DNA of 64,000 nt from Phaeosaccion multiseriatum. Its lineage: Eukaryota > Protista > Ochrophyta, other classes. The position numbers were made by a program, and so were the translations under genes. Under the pieces are notes generated by a model. That model worked only from the letters and a program-made list of their open reading frames with translations. It was not told the origin of the DNA and searched no databases. Where the stretch lies: NCBI GenBank assembly GCA_965112735.1, contig OZ218953.1, forward strand, positions 2,604,001-2,668,000, given 5' to 3'. Positions 21,123 to 33,575 of this stretch are shown here, piece by piece. Numbering within the stretch: the stretch's first letter is position 1; the number at the start of each line of letters is the position of its first letter.

Positions 21123-24100
21123 TCAGGCGCCCTCCTGCTTCTTCTCCTTCCTCTTCTTCCTCTTCGTCTTGCTCCTCTTTGGCGACTCGAGCAGCAGCGA
21201 GGGGGGCTCGCCATTGTCCCCTCCACCACTTGCCCTGGCACTCAAGGGGCCCGGCACCCCTGCAAGGCCCTCCTTGAGGGAAGGCACATCGAGCGATGGA
21301 GGCAAGGAAAGTCTCCGCTCAAGCGTCACCATACCCCCTCCCTTCTTCTTGTTCTTCTTTTTCTTCTTCTTTTTCGTCCTCCCCTCCTCTCTTTCCCTCT
21401 CCTGCTCCTCTTGCTTCTTCTTCCTCTCCCTCTCTCTCTCCTTCTCCTTCTTCTCCTTCTCTTCCCTCTCAGCGGCCTGTTCTGCCTCCTTCTCCCTCTC
21501 CCTCGCCCTCTCCTTCTCCCTCTCCGCCTCCTTCCGCCTCTGCTTCTCCTCTTCCTCCCTCTCGATCTCCCATGCGAGCTTGGGTCGCCTCCGCCTCCTC
21601 CTCCCCCTCTTTCCAGCCAGGCCCGTACTCCCACCCTTCCCGCCCAGCCCCTTCTCCCCCCCGTGTTGTTGCTTTTGGGCATGGACAAGGCCGCGGAGGA
21701 GGTGGTCGGCTTCCCTCTCTACACCGGCCACGAGCGCCGCCCTCAGCTCATCTTGCCGTAGCCTCTCCTCCTCCTCCTCCTCCTCCTCCTCCTCCTCCTC
21801 CTCCTCCTCCTCCTCCTCCTCCTCCTCCTCCTCCTCCTCCTCCTCCTCCTCCTCCTCCTCCTCCTCATCCTCCTCCTCCTCCTCCTCCTCTGCCTCTCGC
21901 TCCTCCTCTTGGTCCTGCCTCTCCTCCTCTCCGCTCTCTCCATCCCCCTTTACCTCCAGCGCCCCCTCCCCGTCTTCCTTCTCCATCTTCTCCCTCTCTT
22001 TCATCTTCTCCCCCTCCTCTTTCTTCTCCTTCATCTCCTCCTCCTTCTCCTCCTCCTCCTCCTCCTCCTCCTCCTCCTCCTCCTCCTCTTCAGCCAGCTC
22101 CTTCAGACTGATGAGCGCACTCGCCCTGGACAAGAGAGGCAGTACCCCCTTCCAGCCCTCCGGACACACTTTACACAGCCCCCTGAGCAGCTCCTCCGCC
22201 TCCTCCTCGATCGCGTCCCTAAACGCCGCAAGGGCCCGCTTCTTAGGATCCACGTCGAGCTGTGGGAAGTAGGCGACGGGGCCACGCGATACCAGTTTGA
22301 GTTTCAAGATTAGGGCCAAGACCCTTCCCTTCCCTTTTTTGGAGGGAGGGGTGCTAGCGAGGGGACAGCAACGGCAAGATGCCAACCTACGGCAACATAC
22401 AAGTAACACATCAAGAACTTACTACAACAAGGAATGAGACAGAATGCCACCATACCCCCACGGCCAACGCCCTCGCCTCACCTCCTGCCGATGCGCCTCT
22501 AGGCTCTGCGAGAATGTGCTGAGTCGACCTTCCCCTGCAGTATCACCAGTTGCCGCTGGTGCTGCTGCTGCTGCTGCTGCTGCCGCTTTCGATCGGTCGG
22601 CCCACTCCAGCGCGAGCTCTGCACAGCGCACGAGAGGCGCCAAGCTGAACGCCGACCCCTCAACGAAAGGCAGGCCCTCCCCTCCTCCTCCTCCTCCTCC
22701 TCCCCCTCCTCCTCCTCCTCCTCCTCCTCCTCCTCCTCCTCCTCCTGCTGCTGCTGCTGCTGCTGCTGCCGCTGCTGCTGCTGATGCTGCTGCTGTCGCT
22801 TCTGTATCACCAACTGCAGCTGCTGTACCATCAGCTGCTTCTGTTGCTGTATCACCAACTGCTGCTGTATCACCAGCGGGTGCTGGTGCTGTATCACCAA
22901 GTCCGCTCTGCTGTGCGTCGCTGAATCCTCCTCCTCCTCCTCTTCCTCCTCCTCCTCCTCTTTGTCGAGCGTGTGCCGGTGGCTCCACGAAGGACAGCAG
23001 CAAGCAGAGCATACGCACAAGCCCCAGCACGAGGCGGTGACAAGTCATCTCGTCCACCCTCGGACGAGCCCCTCCTCGTCCTCCTCCCTGACAGGAAGGG
23101 GCGTCAGGCGCGAAGGCCGTCCACTCCAGCCACTCCCGACTTAGCGCAGCGACGAGGACGCAATAGATGGGGTCAAGCCGACTCAGGACTAGTACAGCCG
23201 CCAGCGCCATGCCCCCGGGCCGCTTTAGCTTTAGTACCGGTGTCAGGACTTTTCGACCTTCGCTTGCCTCGCTTGCTTCTCCACCTCCTCCACCCACCTC
23301 TCCTCCTTGGTCTCCTTCTGATGGTGCTGCCGCTTGCGCTGCCCTGTCTGCCATACTCTCACTCGCTGTGTCGCCGTGGGAGGCGTCTCCCGCGCCACCC
23401 CCCCGGCTCTGATGACTGCCCTGAGGACGAGCGGTACCGGCCGACAGGTTAGCAGACGGGTCGGCAGACGCCCCAATGAGCCCAGCGAGGACGGGAAGGA
23501 CCATTTCCAGACCTGCCCGCAGCTCTGAGGTCGGTAGCGCTGCTCTTGGCAGGCCTGCTTGTGCATGGGCTGGCAGCGCTGCTCCTCCTCCTCCACTGCA
23601 GAACGGAGGCCCGAGGAGGCTCAAGGTGAGGGTGAGCGCCTCACAGACAACGACGGCGCTGGAGTCCATCAACCCGTGAAGGGCCGTCAAGCACAGAGAG
23701 CGGAACAGAGGCCCTGCCTGCGGTGGCGAGCTCTCCTCCTCCTCGTCCTCCTCTACTCGGAAGCCATCCCCTTGCTCCTCCTCCTCCTCCTCTCCCTCCT
23801 CCTCCCCCCCCCCCTCCTCCTCCTCCTCCTCCTCCTCCTCCTCCTCCTCCTCCGGGTGCTGCTGCTGTCGCTGTCCCCCCTTCTCACCCCCCTTTCCCCT
23901 CACCTGCCCCTCCAAGCCCGTGCCTTGAATGTTCATATCAACTCGAAAACCCTCCTTCTCCTCCTTCTCCTCCTCCCCCCCCCCCTCCTCCTCCTCCTCG
24001 TCCTCGTCCTCGTCCTCCTCCACCTCCTCCTCCCTCATCACAGCCACAACGAGCGTAGGCACAAGCAACTCCCTCACAACCGACACCGCCTTTGCCCTCA

Positions 24101-25112
24101 GCCTGGGCGGGTAGGGCGGACACATTGCAGAGAGTACAACCTTCCCCACGCAGTCCCCCACTGTGCCGCTCAGCGCGCTGAAGGGGCTGCCTCCGCCCAT
24201 TTCCACGTCCCACAAGCCATACACAGGATAGTCGGACACAGGAGGAGGAGGAGGAGGAGGAGGAGGAGATGCTTCGTCTTGTTCCTGCTCTCCGTCTTGC
24301 TGTGCTCCATGTGGTAGTGGCTCAGCTGCTGCTGCTGCTGCTGCTGCTGTTTCTTCTTGCTCTGCTGCTTCTTCGTCTTCGTCTTCGTCTCCTTCTCCTT
24401 GTGCAACGGCATCAGCAGTTGGAGCACCAGTAGCAGTACCACCCTTACCGACGGGCGCCTTCCCAGCCCCTGATGCCTTTGACACTCTCGGTGTAAGAGG
24501 ATGACCGCCTTCGCCTCCGCCCTCAATGGATGATGGTAAAGGTGATACCAAAGGCCGATAGCCCCGCCTCAACTCCGACAGCGGTGGCGACGCGTAGTCA
24601 CAGTCGCAGCAGTTGGGCATATAGCCACAGTCACCGTTGGCAAGCTTACTGCTGGCACAGTCCAGCCTCAGGGCCGCCCACAGGCCCTCGGCATCTTGGT
24701 GCTCGTCCTCTTGGTGCTCGTTGTCGTCCTGTCCGACCTCGTCGCCGCCATTTGCTGCTGCTGCAGGGACAACCACTGGCACTACTGCGCCGCGTCTCTT
24801 TCCAGCCCCCCCCTTCTTTTCATTCTCCTCTGCCTTTACTGTCCCTTTTCCACCCCCCCCCTTCTTAGTCTTATTCTTCTCTTTCTTATTCTTCTTCTTC
24901 TCCTTCTTCTTCCTCTTCTTCTTCTCCTCCTCCTCCCCGTCACCCCTGGTCTTTGCCTTTCGTCCCATACTCCCGCCTTCCTCCCCCTCCTCCTTCTCCT
25001 GCTCCTCCTTCCTCTCCTCCTCCTCCTCCTGCTCCTGCTCCTTCTCCTCCCCCCCCTCCTCCTCCTCCTCATCCCCCTCCTCCCCCCCCTCCTCCTCCTC
25101 CTCCTCCTCCTC

Positions 25113-25147
<35 letters not shown>

Positions 25148-26925
25148 TTTCCCCCTGCTTCTCCTTCCGCCGCGCCTGCCGCTGCCGTTTCATCAACGGC
25201 TCCTCCTCCAGCCCCTCTAGCCCCTCAAGCCAGTCCACGAGCGCAGTACACGCCGTGTTCTTGTCCACCTCAGGCCCCTCATATGCCCTCCTTTGCCCGC
25301 TGAAGAAAGCCAAAGCTCTCCTGCCCCTCACCGTATAGAAGTCCGGATCCTGGCCCTCACTCTGGCCCTCACTCTGACTCTGACCTTGACCCTGAGCATC
25401 ACAGCTGCGAGCGGTCACCGGCAGCGTTGCCTCCAAGGCGCTGGTCCGAGTCATGCTCGTGTTGCCCATCCGGCTGTCACCAAAGCTGAAGCTGCCACTG
25501 TTGGAGCTACCGTTTATGTTGTTGATGCTGCTACCGTTGTTGGTGTTGCTCTGTCTTCTTCTCCTCCTCCTCTTTCTTCCATCTCCCATTGGCATCGTCA
25601 GCCGAAACAGCCCGCTTCGGTACCAAAGGCTCGAAGGAGAGAGCAACGTCCGCACTCGCCCCCCGCCCCCGCCGGGCCCCTCCTCCCCTTGTTCAAGCAC
25701 AGCCAGTGTGGAGTAGCGAGGCAGGACAGGCATGGCCATGCTCTCGCGCTCCTCGCGTACTTGCCTCATCAGCACCAGCAGCCCCTCCACATGCATCGGC
25801 AGAGGTGGAGGGGGTTGGGATGAGAGACCACTACCGCCGGTAAGGGAGGAGGAGAGAAGAGAGGTGGAGGAAGAAGAGAAGGAATTGTGCAGAGGCTGTT
25901 GTAAGGCGGAGGGGGAGGCGGATGGGGAGGAGGAAGAGGAGGAGAAGGAGAAGGGAAGACTGGACTTGAAACTCGGCAGGGTATGGCAAGAGCGTGAAGC
26001 GGCAAGCCCCGGGACATCATCAGCAGGGGTGGTAGCGGCGTTGGCGGTGGTAGCGGCGGTAGCATGGCAAAACGTGTTGTTGGAGCAGACTGACAAGTAG
26101 CTGTTGCCCCCTCTCCTGCTCCTGATCCTGCTGTTGTTGTTGCTACTGCTGATGCTACCGATGCTGCTGGCGCTGCTTTGATGCACAGCGGAGGACAGCG
26201 CCGCCGCTGTCCTCGTCATACCCTTTGGAAGGAAGGTGATGTCACTCGTCGATGAGAGACTCAAACAAGTCGATGAGGAGGAGGGAAGCATCATCGTCGT
26301 TTCGCTGTGCTGCTGCTGGCCTCTCCCCCAGGGTGGAGGAGGGGACAACGAGCTGTCGAGGCGAGGAGCGTCCAATGGTAATGGCAAGACTTTCCCACGC
26401 TGACCCTGACCCTGACCCTGACCCTGCTGGTGGTGGTTGTGGCTGTGGTGGGTACTGTAGGGGTCCCACTTGCCGCTGTCAATGCGATGGTACCGCCGTC
26501 GTTGCGGAGGTGGAGACAGAGAGAGCGTCGACAACGGAGAAAGAAGGCCACTTGCGCCAAAGGCAGATCCTGACACGGGCACCGACACGGAGAGCAGCTC
26601 CTGCGAAGAAGGGGATGGCGGTAGCCGCTGCTGGTCCGAGGAGGACGAGGAGGAGCACTCCCCATTGCCATTCTCCTTCCCCTTCCGTATCGTCCATCTC
26701 CCTCTTCTTCTCGTCGGAAAGCCCGTGAGATGCCCGCATCGAGCGACACGTCCTCGTCTTGGTCCACTCCTGGCGAGGGCCTTGGCGGTGCCTAGGCCCC
26801 TCTGCATGGCCTGGTTCCTCTCCTCCTCCAGCACGGACAGACTGCTCTGCATCTCCTCCTCCTCTCGTGACGGTGCGAGCCTGAGCAGCGAGCGACGCGT
26901 CGGAAACGTTTTTGTCTGTTGTTGT

Positions 26926-26969
<44 letters not shown>

Positions 26970-28630
26970 TTGTTGGTGTTGTTGTTGGTGGTGGTGGTGG
27001 TGGTGATATTGTCGCTGCCCTGCTCTCTGCGCCACTGCCTCCTCGTATCGCCTCTTCACAGCGGCCATGTGGGACCACACAGCGGTGAGCTCCTTCATCA
27101 CACGCAGCCACACGTCGATGATCAACTCCTCCTCTCCTGCCCCCCTGTCCCCCTCACTTCCCTTCTTAATGTCCTCCTCCTGTTGTTGTACCTTATGTGG
27201 CTTCTTCCCCTTCTTACTTCCTCCCGCTGTTGAGCCACCCCCTTCTCCCTCAGGTGTGACGACGTGCCCAAGACCCCCCCAAGTGCACACCCCTCCAGCG
27301 ATACCTCCAGCGATACCTCCAGCCTTCCCCCTCGACTCGGAACCCGTCACCGCCGCCTGCCAGAAGCGCTGTGCCTGAAGGAGGGCCGCTCTGGTACTAA
27401 AGTCAGCACACCACTTGAAATCTTCCTTCCCTCCTCCCTCTCCTCCTCCTACTGCTGCTACTACTTTCCCTGCTGCTGCTCGCTCCTGTCTTTGTCTACG
27501 ACGCCTTTGCTTCCTTCTGGACGTCTGCTCTTCACAAACAGCAGGCCTGCTCTTCTTCTCTAGTTTGTGCCCTGCCACACCAGCGAGGCCACGGGCCTGA
27601 ATGCCTAGCTCGTGAAGAGCATCAGCCACCGCCCCAGTATTGCCTTCTTCCCACTCTCTCCACCGCCCCGGCAGTTCTCTGCCACCTCCTCCTCCTCCTG
27701 GCCTCCTCTCGCACTGCCGCCCGATGATAGTGACAGATGATAGCGACAGCTGAGGCGTCCATACAGCAGGAAGGAACAGGACAAAAAGGAGGGTAAGATA
27801 AGCTCATTCCTTCCACCGCAGGTATACCCCTATCAAAGTGCCGTAATGCAATGAAGAAGTGAAGACCAGCCGCACTGCCACGCCTTGACCTCGCGACAAT
27901 ACGCCGTTCCGCACGCACCTGTCGACCAGGATTGAGCTTCTCCGATGACAAGTCTCCGACCCTCGACCCTCCTGCAGCCGGCTGCTCGTGCAGCACCAGA
28001 CGCACATACAGGGCTTTGACGTTCCCCAGCGCCCAGCAACAGCCCTCGCTCCAGCCGTTGTGCAAGGGCTGCAGCTCCACCGTCCCCACTCTTGCGAAGA
28101 GAGCGTGCTGGTACTCGTCATGGGACAGCTGGTGCCGGCGCTGCTCCTGGTAGTCCTGTCGTGGAGGCACCACAAGGGAGAAACGGGAGGAGGGACGCGG
28201 AAAAGCGAGAGCGAGAAGACACGCAGGGTCAACACCAAGTAGATTTGTCCACTCTCTCCTCGTCTCTCCCCTTCTTTACCTGTCGCTGCTGTGAGAAGTT
28301 AAGTATCCCTCCCTCTGCCTCTCCAGAGGGCCCAAGTGGCCGAGCGACAAATATTTCTATCAACTGTGGCGCTGTCTTGGTTTGGCATCGAACAAGCATC
28401 GAGTTGAGATTGCAAACTCCTGCGAGCCGCAAGCCGATCTCCTCCTCCCCTGTCCCTCTGCAGAACGACATCCAAGTTGAGGGCCCCAGAGCTTCTCCTT
28501 GCTCAACGAGGGGAGACTCTCCACCTCTTGGTGCTCCCAGAGCAGAAGAGACATACTTCGAAGCCAACGACTTGGCCCGGCAGGCCGCTGTCTCCGACGT
28601 CCAGTACACAACTTCAAAGGGGATCTCCAT
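21123..28630 (-). CDS. Very large, divergent CEP104/FAP256-like protein (N-terminal jelly-roll, TOG-like HEAT segments, long low-complexity inserts)
   Basis: Exons 28630-28280, 28155-27919, 27749-22482 and ~22259-21123. The N-terminus (MEIPFEVVYWTSE..TWMSFCRGTGEEEIGLRL..APQLIEIFV..FARVGTVEL..VKALYVRLVLHE..LNPGRQ|LSLSSVTIIG) parallels the CEP104 jelly-roll as recalled. The HEAT-like helices PRLRAKAVSVVRELL, LHGLMDSSAVVVCEALTLTLSLL and GLEMVLPVLAGLIG resemble its TOG domain. Confidence 0.6.
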
Positions 28631-28962
28631 CACTTAGCACGAAAGGAGTAAAAACAGAGGGTCACCATCCCTCCACTCCTCCTGATGAGGAGCGCAATAA
28701 TTCCCATTTTACTTTGTGTTAGTCCGCCCTGTGTGGCGTTTCCAAGGTCGAATCCAGACAGTCGCCAGCAGTTTTCGTATCCTTACGTAACAGAGGCTTA
28801 AAGAGTGGCCTCTTGTTCGCATTGTGGTAGTGCCGCATTCCATTGGGGGACTGCTGCGTTTATTGGTCCACGGGGAGGAGAAGGAACCCCGAGTGGAAGG
28901 CTTTGCACTGGCAGCAAAGGCTCGCGGAAGAGAGGAAAGGGAGGGAGAGAGAGAAGGGTGAG

Positions 28963-29594
28963 ATGTGGTGCAGACTCAGTCCTCCTGTGTCGAGGGCAAC
29001 TGTCGCTGCCGTGTCCAGGGTAGTGGCGCAGCCCAGCAGCTCTTCATCTGTAGCGTTGCTGTCCTCGTCGACGAGCAGCGCCAGCGTTGGGCGCGTTGTA
29101 TGTTCGGCAGAAGGAGGGGCTGCAGCGGTGGCGGCATGTGGTGAAGATGCATCTCCCACGTTAGCACCATCGGCAGCAGCGGCGAAGCCACAGGGAGTGG
29201 GTGCCCATAGTTATGGCACAGCATCCGCGATTATGAGTAGCAGCAGTCTCGGCAGCAGCAGCAATAGAGCAAGGAGTTCAGGCAGGCCTCATGCTATGGG
29301 CAACAGCACAAGTAGTAGTAGGTGCAGTCTCAGTAGCAGAGACACCATGGGTGGAAGCTTTGGCAACAGTAGCAGGGGTCTATCGACAACACGCATACGG
29401 AAAAAGAAGCAACGCCCGGCCAAGCAGAAGGTTGCTCCTATCCCCAGGAATGAGAAGGTGTGTACGTGTGCCAGAGCAGGCGGGGACAGCGCCCCCCGTC
29501 CTCCCCCCCGTACTCCTTCCACCTCCCTTCCGCGTCTTTCCGTGGCGCTCTGCCCTGCCTGACGCCCCCGTCTTCTGCAATTGCAACAACTACT

Positions 29595-29656
<62 letters not shown>

Positions 29657-32092
29657 TAAGCAGCCTCGCTGAAGCCCGCGCTCTTCTGCACGGCGAGGTG
29701 GAGTGGTACCGCGACCCCATCCCGCCCAAGGAGCTCATCGTGGCGGAAGGGTTGACGCGTGAGCAAGCAGAGCAGCAACTTCTCGTGGCGCAGATCCTAC
29801 TACTCCTGGGGCGAAGGAGGCAGTGGAGGGAGGTGGGGGCGTTCTTTGCCGAGGGCAAGGCGCACTTGGAGGGGCACGCGCAGGGGCCCATTCCCTTGAA
29901 TGACGGCATTTATGCAGCCGCCATTTGGGGGTACGGACGGTCCAAGAAGTGGGTAAAGGTGAAGGAGCTTTTGCAAGAAATGGCCGACAAGGGGATTCAA
30001 AGGACACAGGTGAGGAGTGAGGAGTGAGGAGTGAACTCTGCGAGGGGAGAGGAGACAGGACCTCCCTTGTTTGTCTCCCTCTTCCTGCCTGCCTTCTTTC
30101 GGCCGGCCTCGCGTGGAGGAGTCACAGCACGGTCCCATCTAGACTTTGTTGGCTCAACCCCAGACCCTCTTCCCCTTCCTTCTACCGCTTGAACTGAACG
30201 AACCCAACGAATGACCTCACCATCCACCGCCATCCATGTGCAGCGGACTTTCAACATAGCACTGCGGTCCTACTCCATCTGCGAAAACGGACGAATTGCC
30301 GAGGTGCGGCAGCTCTTGCTGGACATGAGGAAGGAGGGCGTGCGTCCCTCGGCCAGTGGGTACACCGCGGCCATCAAGGCGGCGTCCAAGGCAGCCGAGT
30401 ACAGCTACTGCCTCAAGCTGCTGGCCCTCATGGAGGCGCACGGCCTTGAGCCGACGAAGGACAACTACTATGATGTCATCAACGCCTGCGAGAAGGCCGG
30501 TAAGCACGAGCAAGGCTTGAAGCTAGTGGCCTTGATGGAGGAGCGCGACACGTACATCACTGCGAGTCCGGACGAGCAGGCGGAGAGAGAGGCAGCGCTC
30601 GCGAAGGAGGCGGCCTTCTTGGGCGAGGATTACGAGCCGGCCGTTGCCCTTCTTGAGGAGCTGCATCGCACAAAGTCGGAAATTAACCTACACACCTACT
30701 TTGCGGCCATTCGCGCAGTCTCCAGAAAGAGGGCACAGGAGCGGGCTTGGTACCTGCAGGCGGTGGACTACCTTGTGGAGATGAGGGAGAGGGAGCATGA
30801 GCCGGACCTGACGTGCTTCAACGACACATTGATGGCATGTGCCAGGGGAGGGCTCTCGCACGAGGCGCTGAGCGTGCTCGACATGATGGCGGAGGACGAG
30901 CTCGCGCCGGACACCAAGGTGAGTTCCTTTAGTTGGGAAATTTTAGACGTCAATGGTTCCGTAGTTGTTCGATGGCATTGGCTTGGTGTTTTGTCCGTGT
31001 GAGTTTCACTTTTTGAGCTGTTCTGCGGCCGACCCTATTATGTAGAGAGGGACACACTCTTGCACACCCACACATACTCTCTCTCTGTCTGTCCACCTGT
31101 CTAGGCAGGAGACAATCGAGAAGAATTGCCATTCTGGAATAACTGCAACCCTCTCAATCGTTTCTCTCCTCTCCTCCCCTCCCCTACCCTCCTCCACCCC
31201 CCACCCCCAGTCCTTCACATCCGCCATTGAGGCCTGTGCCAGAAACGGCGAAGACGCTCGCGCTCAGGAGCTTCTTGCTCGCATGAAGACCGCAGGCCTG
31301 CAGCCCGCCAACCAAAGCTTCAACGCCGTCATCAAGGCCTCGGGCAGTAGCACGAGTAGTGGCTCCGAGGCCTCTCTGGACGCAGTGATGGGCATCTTGG
31401 GTCAGATGCGTGAGGCCAACTTGAAACCGGACGGAGCAACGTACAGTGCCGCTATGCTTGTGTGCGCCAAGGCGGGGCAGAAGGAGATTGTCAAGGATTT
31501 GGTGAATCAGGTCAAGGAGTCTAATATGTTTTTGGAGGAGCCCGCTTATGCGGCGGGGCTGGCGCTGTGCGAGAAGGAGGGGTACGCAAAGGAAGCCACT
31601 ATCCTTGCTGACATGCGGAGGATAGCCATGGCGGAGAAGGAATCTGCCAGGCAGCAGTTCCTCGCCGCCAATGCGCAGGGGCGAGAAGGGACGGAGGAGC
31701 AAGAGCCAGAGGTGATTCTGGAGGCGGAAGAGGAGAGAGATGACCTTGATGCCCTTGATGACTTGAGCTCTGTAGGGTGGGAGACGGAGGCTTCTCGGCA
31801 GCTCAAGGAGGAGCGTGAGCTTCAGAGGTTGCAGGAGGCGGAACAGGCCGCCGAGAAGGAGCAGAAGGAGAGGGAGGCGGAGGAGGAGAAGGCGAGGGAG
31901 GCAGAGGAGAAGGAGGGGGCGACGGAGGAGAAGGAGACGGAGGAGATGGAGGCACAAGAAGGGGAGAAAAAGGCACAGAGTGGGGAGGAGGAGAGCGGAG
32001 GGGCAGCAACAGCAAGCGATGGAGGAGCGGCGGCGGTGGAGAAGGGCAAGGAAGGAGGAGAGGGTGGGGATCAGCGAGGAGAGGAGAAGTAA
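28963..32092 (+). CDS. Pentatricopeptide-repeat (PPR) protein, probably mitochondrial, with an acidic C-terminal tail
   Basis: Exons 28963-29457, ~29655-30009, 30244-30918 and 31211-32092. It has multiple ~35-aa PPR motifs (e.g. GYTAAIKAASKAAEYSYCLKLLALMEAHGLEPTKD, CFNDTLMACARGGLSHEALSVLDMMAEDELAPDTK, SFTSAIEACARNG). The N-terminus is Arg/Ser/Ala-rich. Confidence 0.92.
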
Positions 32093-32436
32093 AGACACTT
32101 CTGTTTTTCGTTGTCACTGAAGGGAGAGAGGAGAGGAATTGGCCATATGTGAGTGAGAGAAGGGGGCCCGGTCCATCATGGCATCGATGGACAGATGCGA
32201 AAAGATTGGGCAGAGCGCAGTAGAGGCACGGAAGGAAGGCACAGAGCTGAGGCGAGTGGGACGACAGACAGCGGCTTATCGGGCCAAGCGAGGGCTCTTG
32301 TAGCGTTTCTTACTAATGCGATAAGTCATAAAGGAAGAGACGAGACTTGAATAGTCTATCGCTCGCTCCCATGTGTGCTGTAGCCTTGCCTTGTCCTCCA
32401 CCCCTCTCGCCTCAAGCCACACAGGTTCGCCTCACT

Positions 32437-33419
32437 TCAGTCTTGCAAGAACTTCATTGGGTCTTCAGACAGCACAGTGAGCAGCCAAAGCTGGGAGAGT
32501 ACAACCAGCGACAAAAGGGCCACCTGCCCCCCGTTGAAGCCCCTCATCGGAGAATCATCCTCATCCTGCAGCTTCTGCTGCTGCGGCTGCGGCTGCTTCA
32601 GCCCTACTTGCTCTTGCTGTGCTGAAGACGTCGGTGCTAGCGGCGACGGTTCGTCCACGGAGGGCAGCAGACCCGGCACGACTAAGCGGGACTTGAGCCC
32701 GAGGAAGTTCACCGCGCGCGCCTCCTCCTCCTTCTGCTTGAGGTCCATAATCTTCGCTTTTGCCTCGTCCAGCTCTGAAGAGGATATCTCACCTGCACGG
32801 AAGGAGCCAGCGGCCGGCGGGGGGGGGGGATTTGTCAGAGAAGGGGGGGGGGGGGGGGGTAGAAAGCCGCGGATCCTCACCCACCTGCCAGATTTGCAGC
32901 TCGCACTGAATTAAATTCCTTCTCAAGTGCCTCCCTTGCTTCCTTCGCCGCCAACGCCCCTCTGATCTTCACTTGGCCCCACACGTAAAGAGCCAGCAAG
33001 ACACTAAATGTGAAGGTTGCTCCTGGGTCAACCTGAGGCGTTGAAGAGCAAGGCGTGGGTGGGGCATGGGCTTAGTCGTGATTGTGTTCTTGTTGCCTGA
33101 GCTTTCCCCATGCACTTACCCTTGCTCCCATGGTGCTGGCACTGGCACTCGTGAGGAGTACGGGGTCCGGCATCTGCCCAAAGAAGAGCTCTGACGATGG
33201 CACAGAAGCAGGAGCTCGCCTTGGCGCAAGTCCTCCATACATTGCCCCTCCTCCCTCTCTCGAAGGTGGAGGAACAAACTCTCCTCTTCTTCGATGCATC
33301 AGGGACGGCGAAGACACCATCCAGGCCTCCCCTGCCCAGGAAAGAAAAACAAGGACTATCCCCCCTATAGCAGACAGTCTTTCCGCGAAGGGCGCCCGTC
33401 TACGCTTCCCTGTCATCAT
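32437..33419 (-). CDS. Hypothetical membrane protein with a putative bipartite plastid presequence
   Basis: Three exons (~33419-33119, ~33031-32885, ~32792-32437). A hydrophobic signal (AIGGIVLVFLSWAGEA-W) is followed by a Ser/Pro/Arg transit-like region. There are two TM-like segments (ATFTFSVLLALYVWG; VALLSLVVLSQLWLLTVL) around a coiled coil. Confidence 0.65.
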
Positions 33420-33575
33420 TTAATTTTGATATGACTCAAATCCAGACACAGAAAGATACACCACCAGTTGGTAATATGCAAATGGGGATCACAGCGACGG
33501 TTCCCACTGCCTAAGGTGGCGGAAGCCCTTTGAAGCTTTGAAGTTGCGTCCCGAGGGGCAGAGAGGCCTGCGTGA

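Noticed and set aside
21169-27600. Numerous plus-strand ORFs overlapping the large minus-strand gene
   Set aside because: They are antisense shadows of GC-rich, low-complexity coding sequence.
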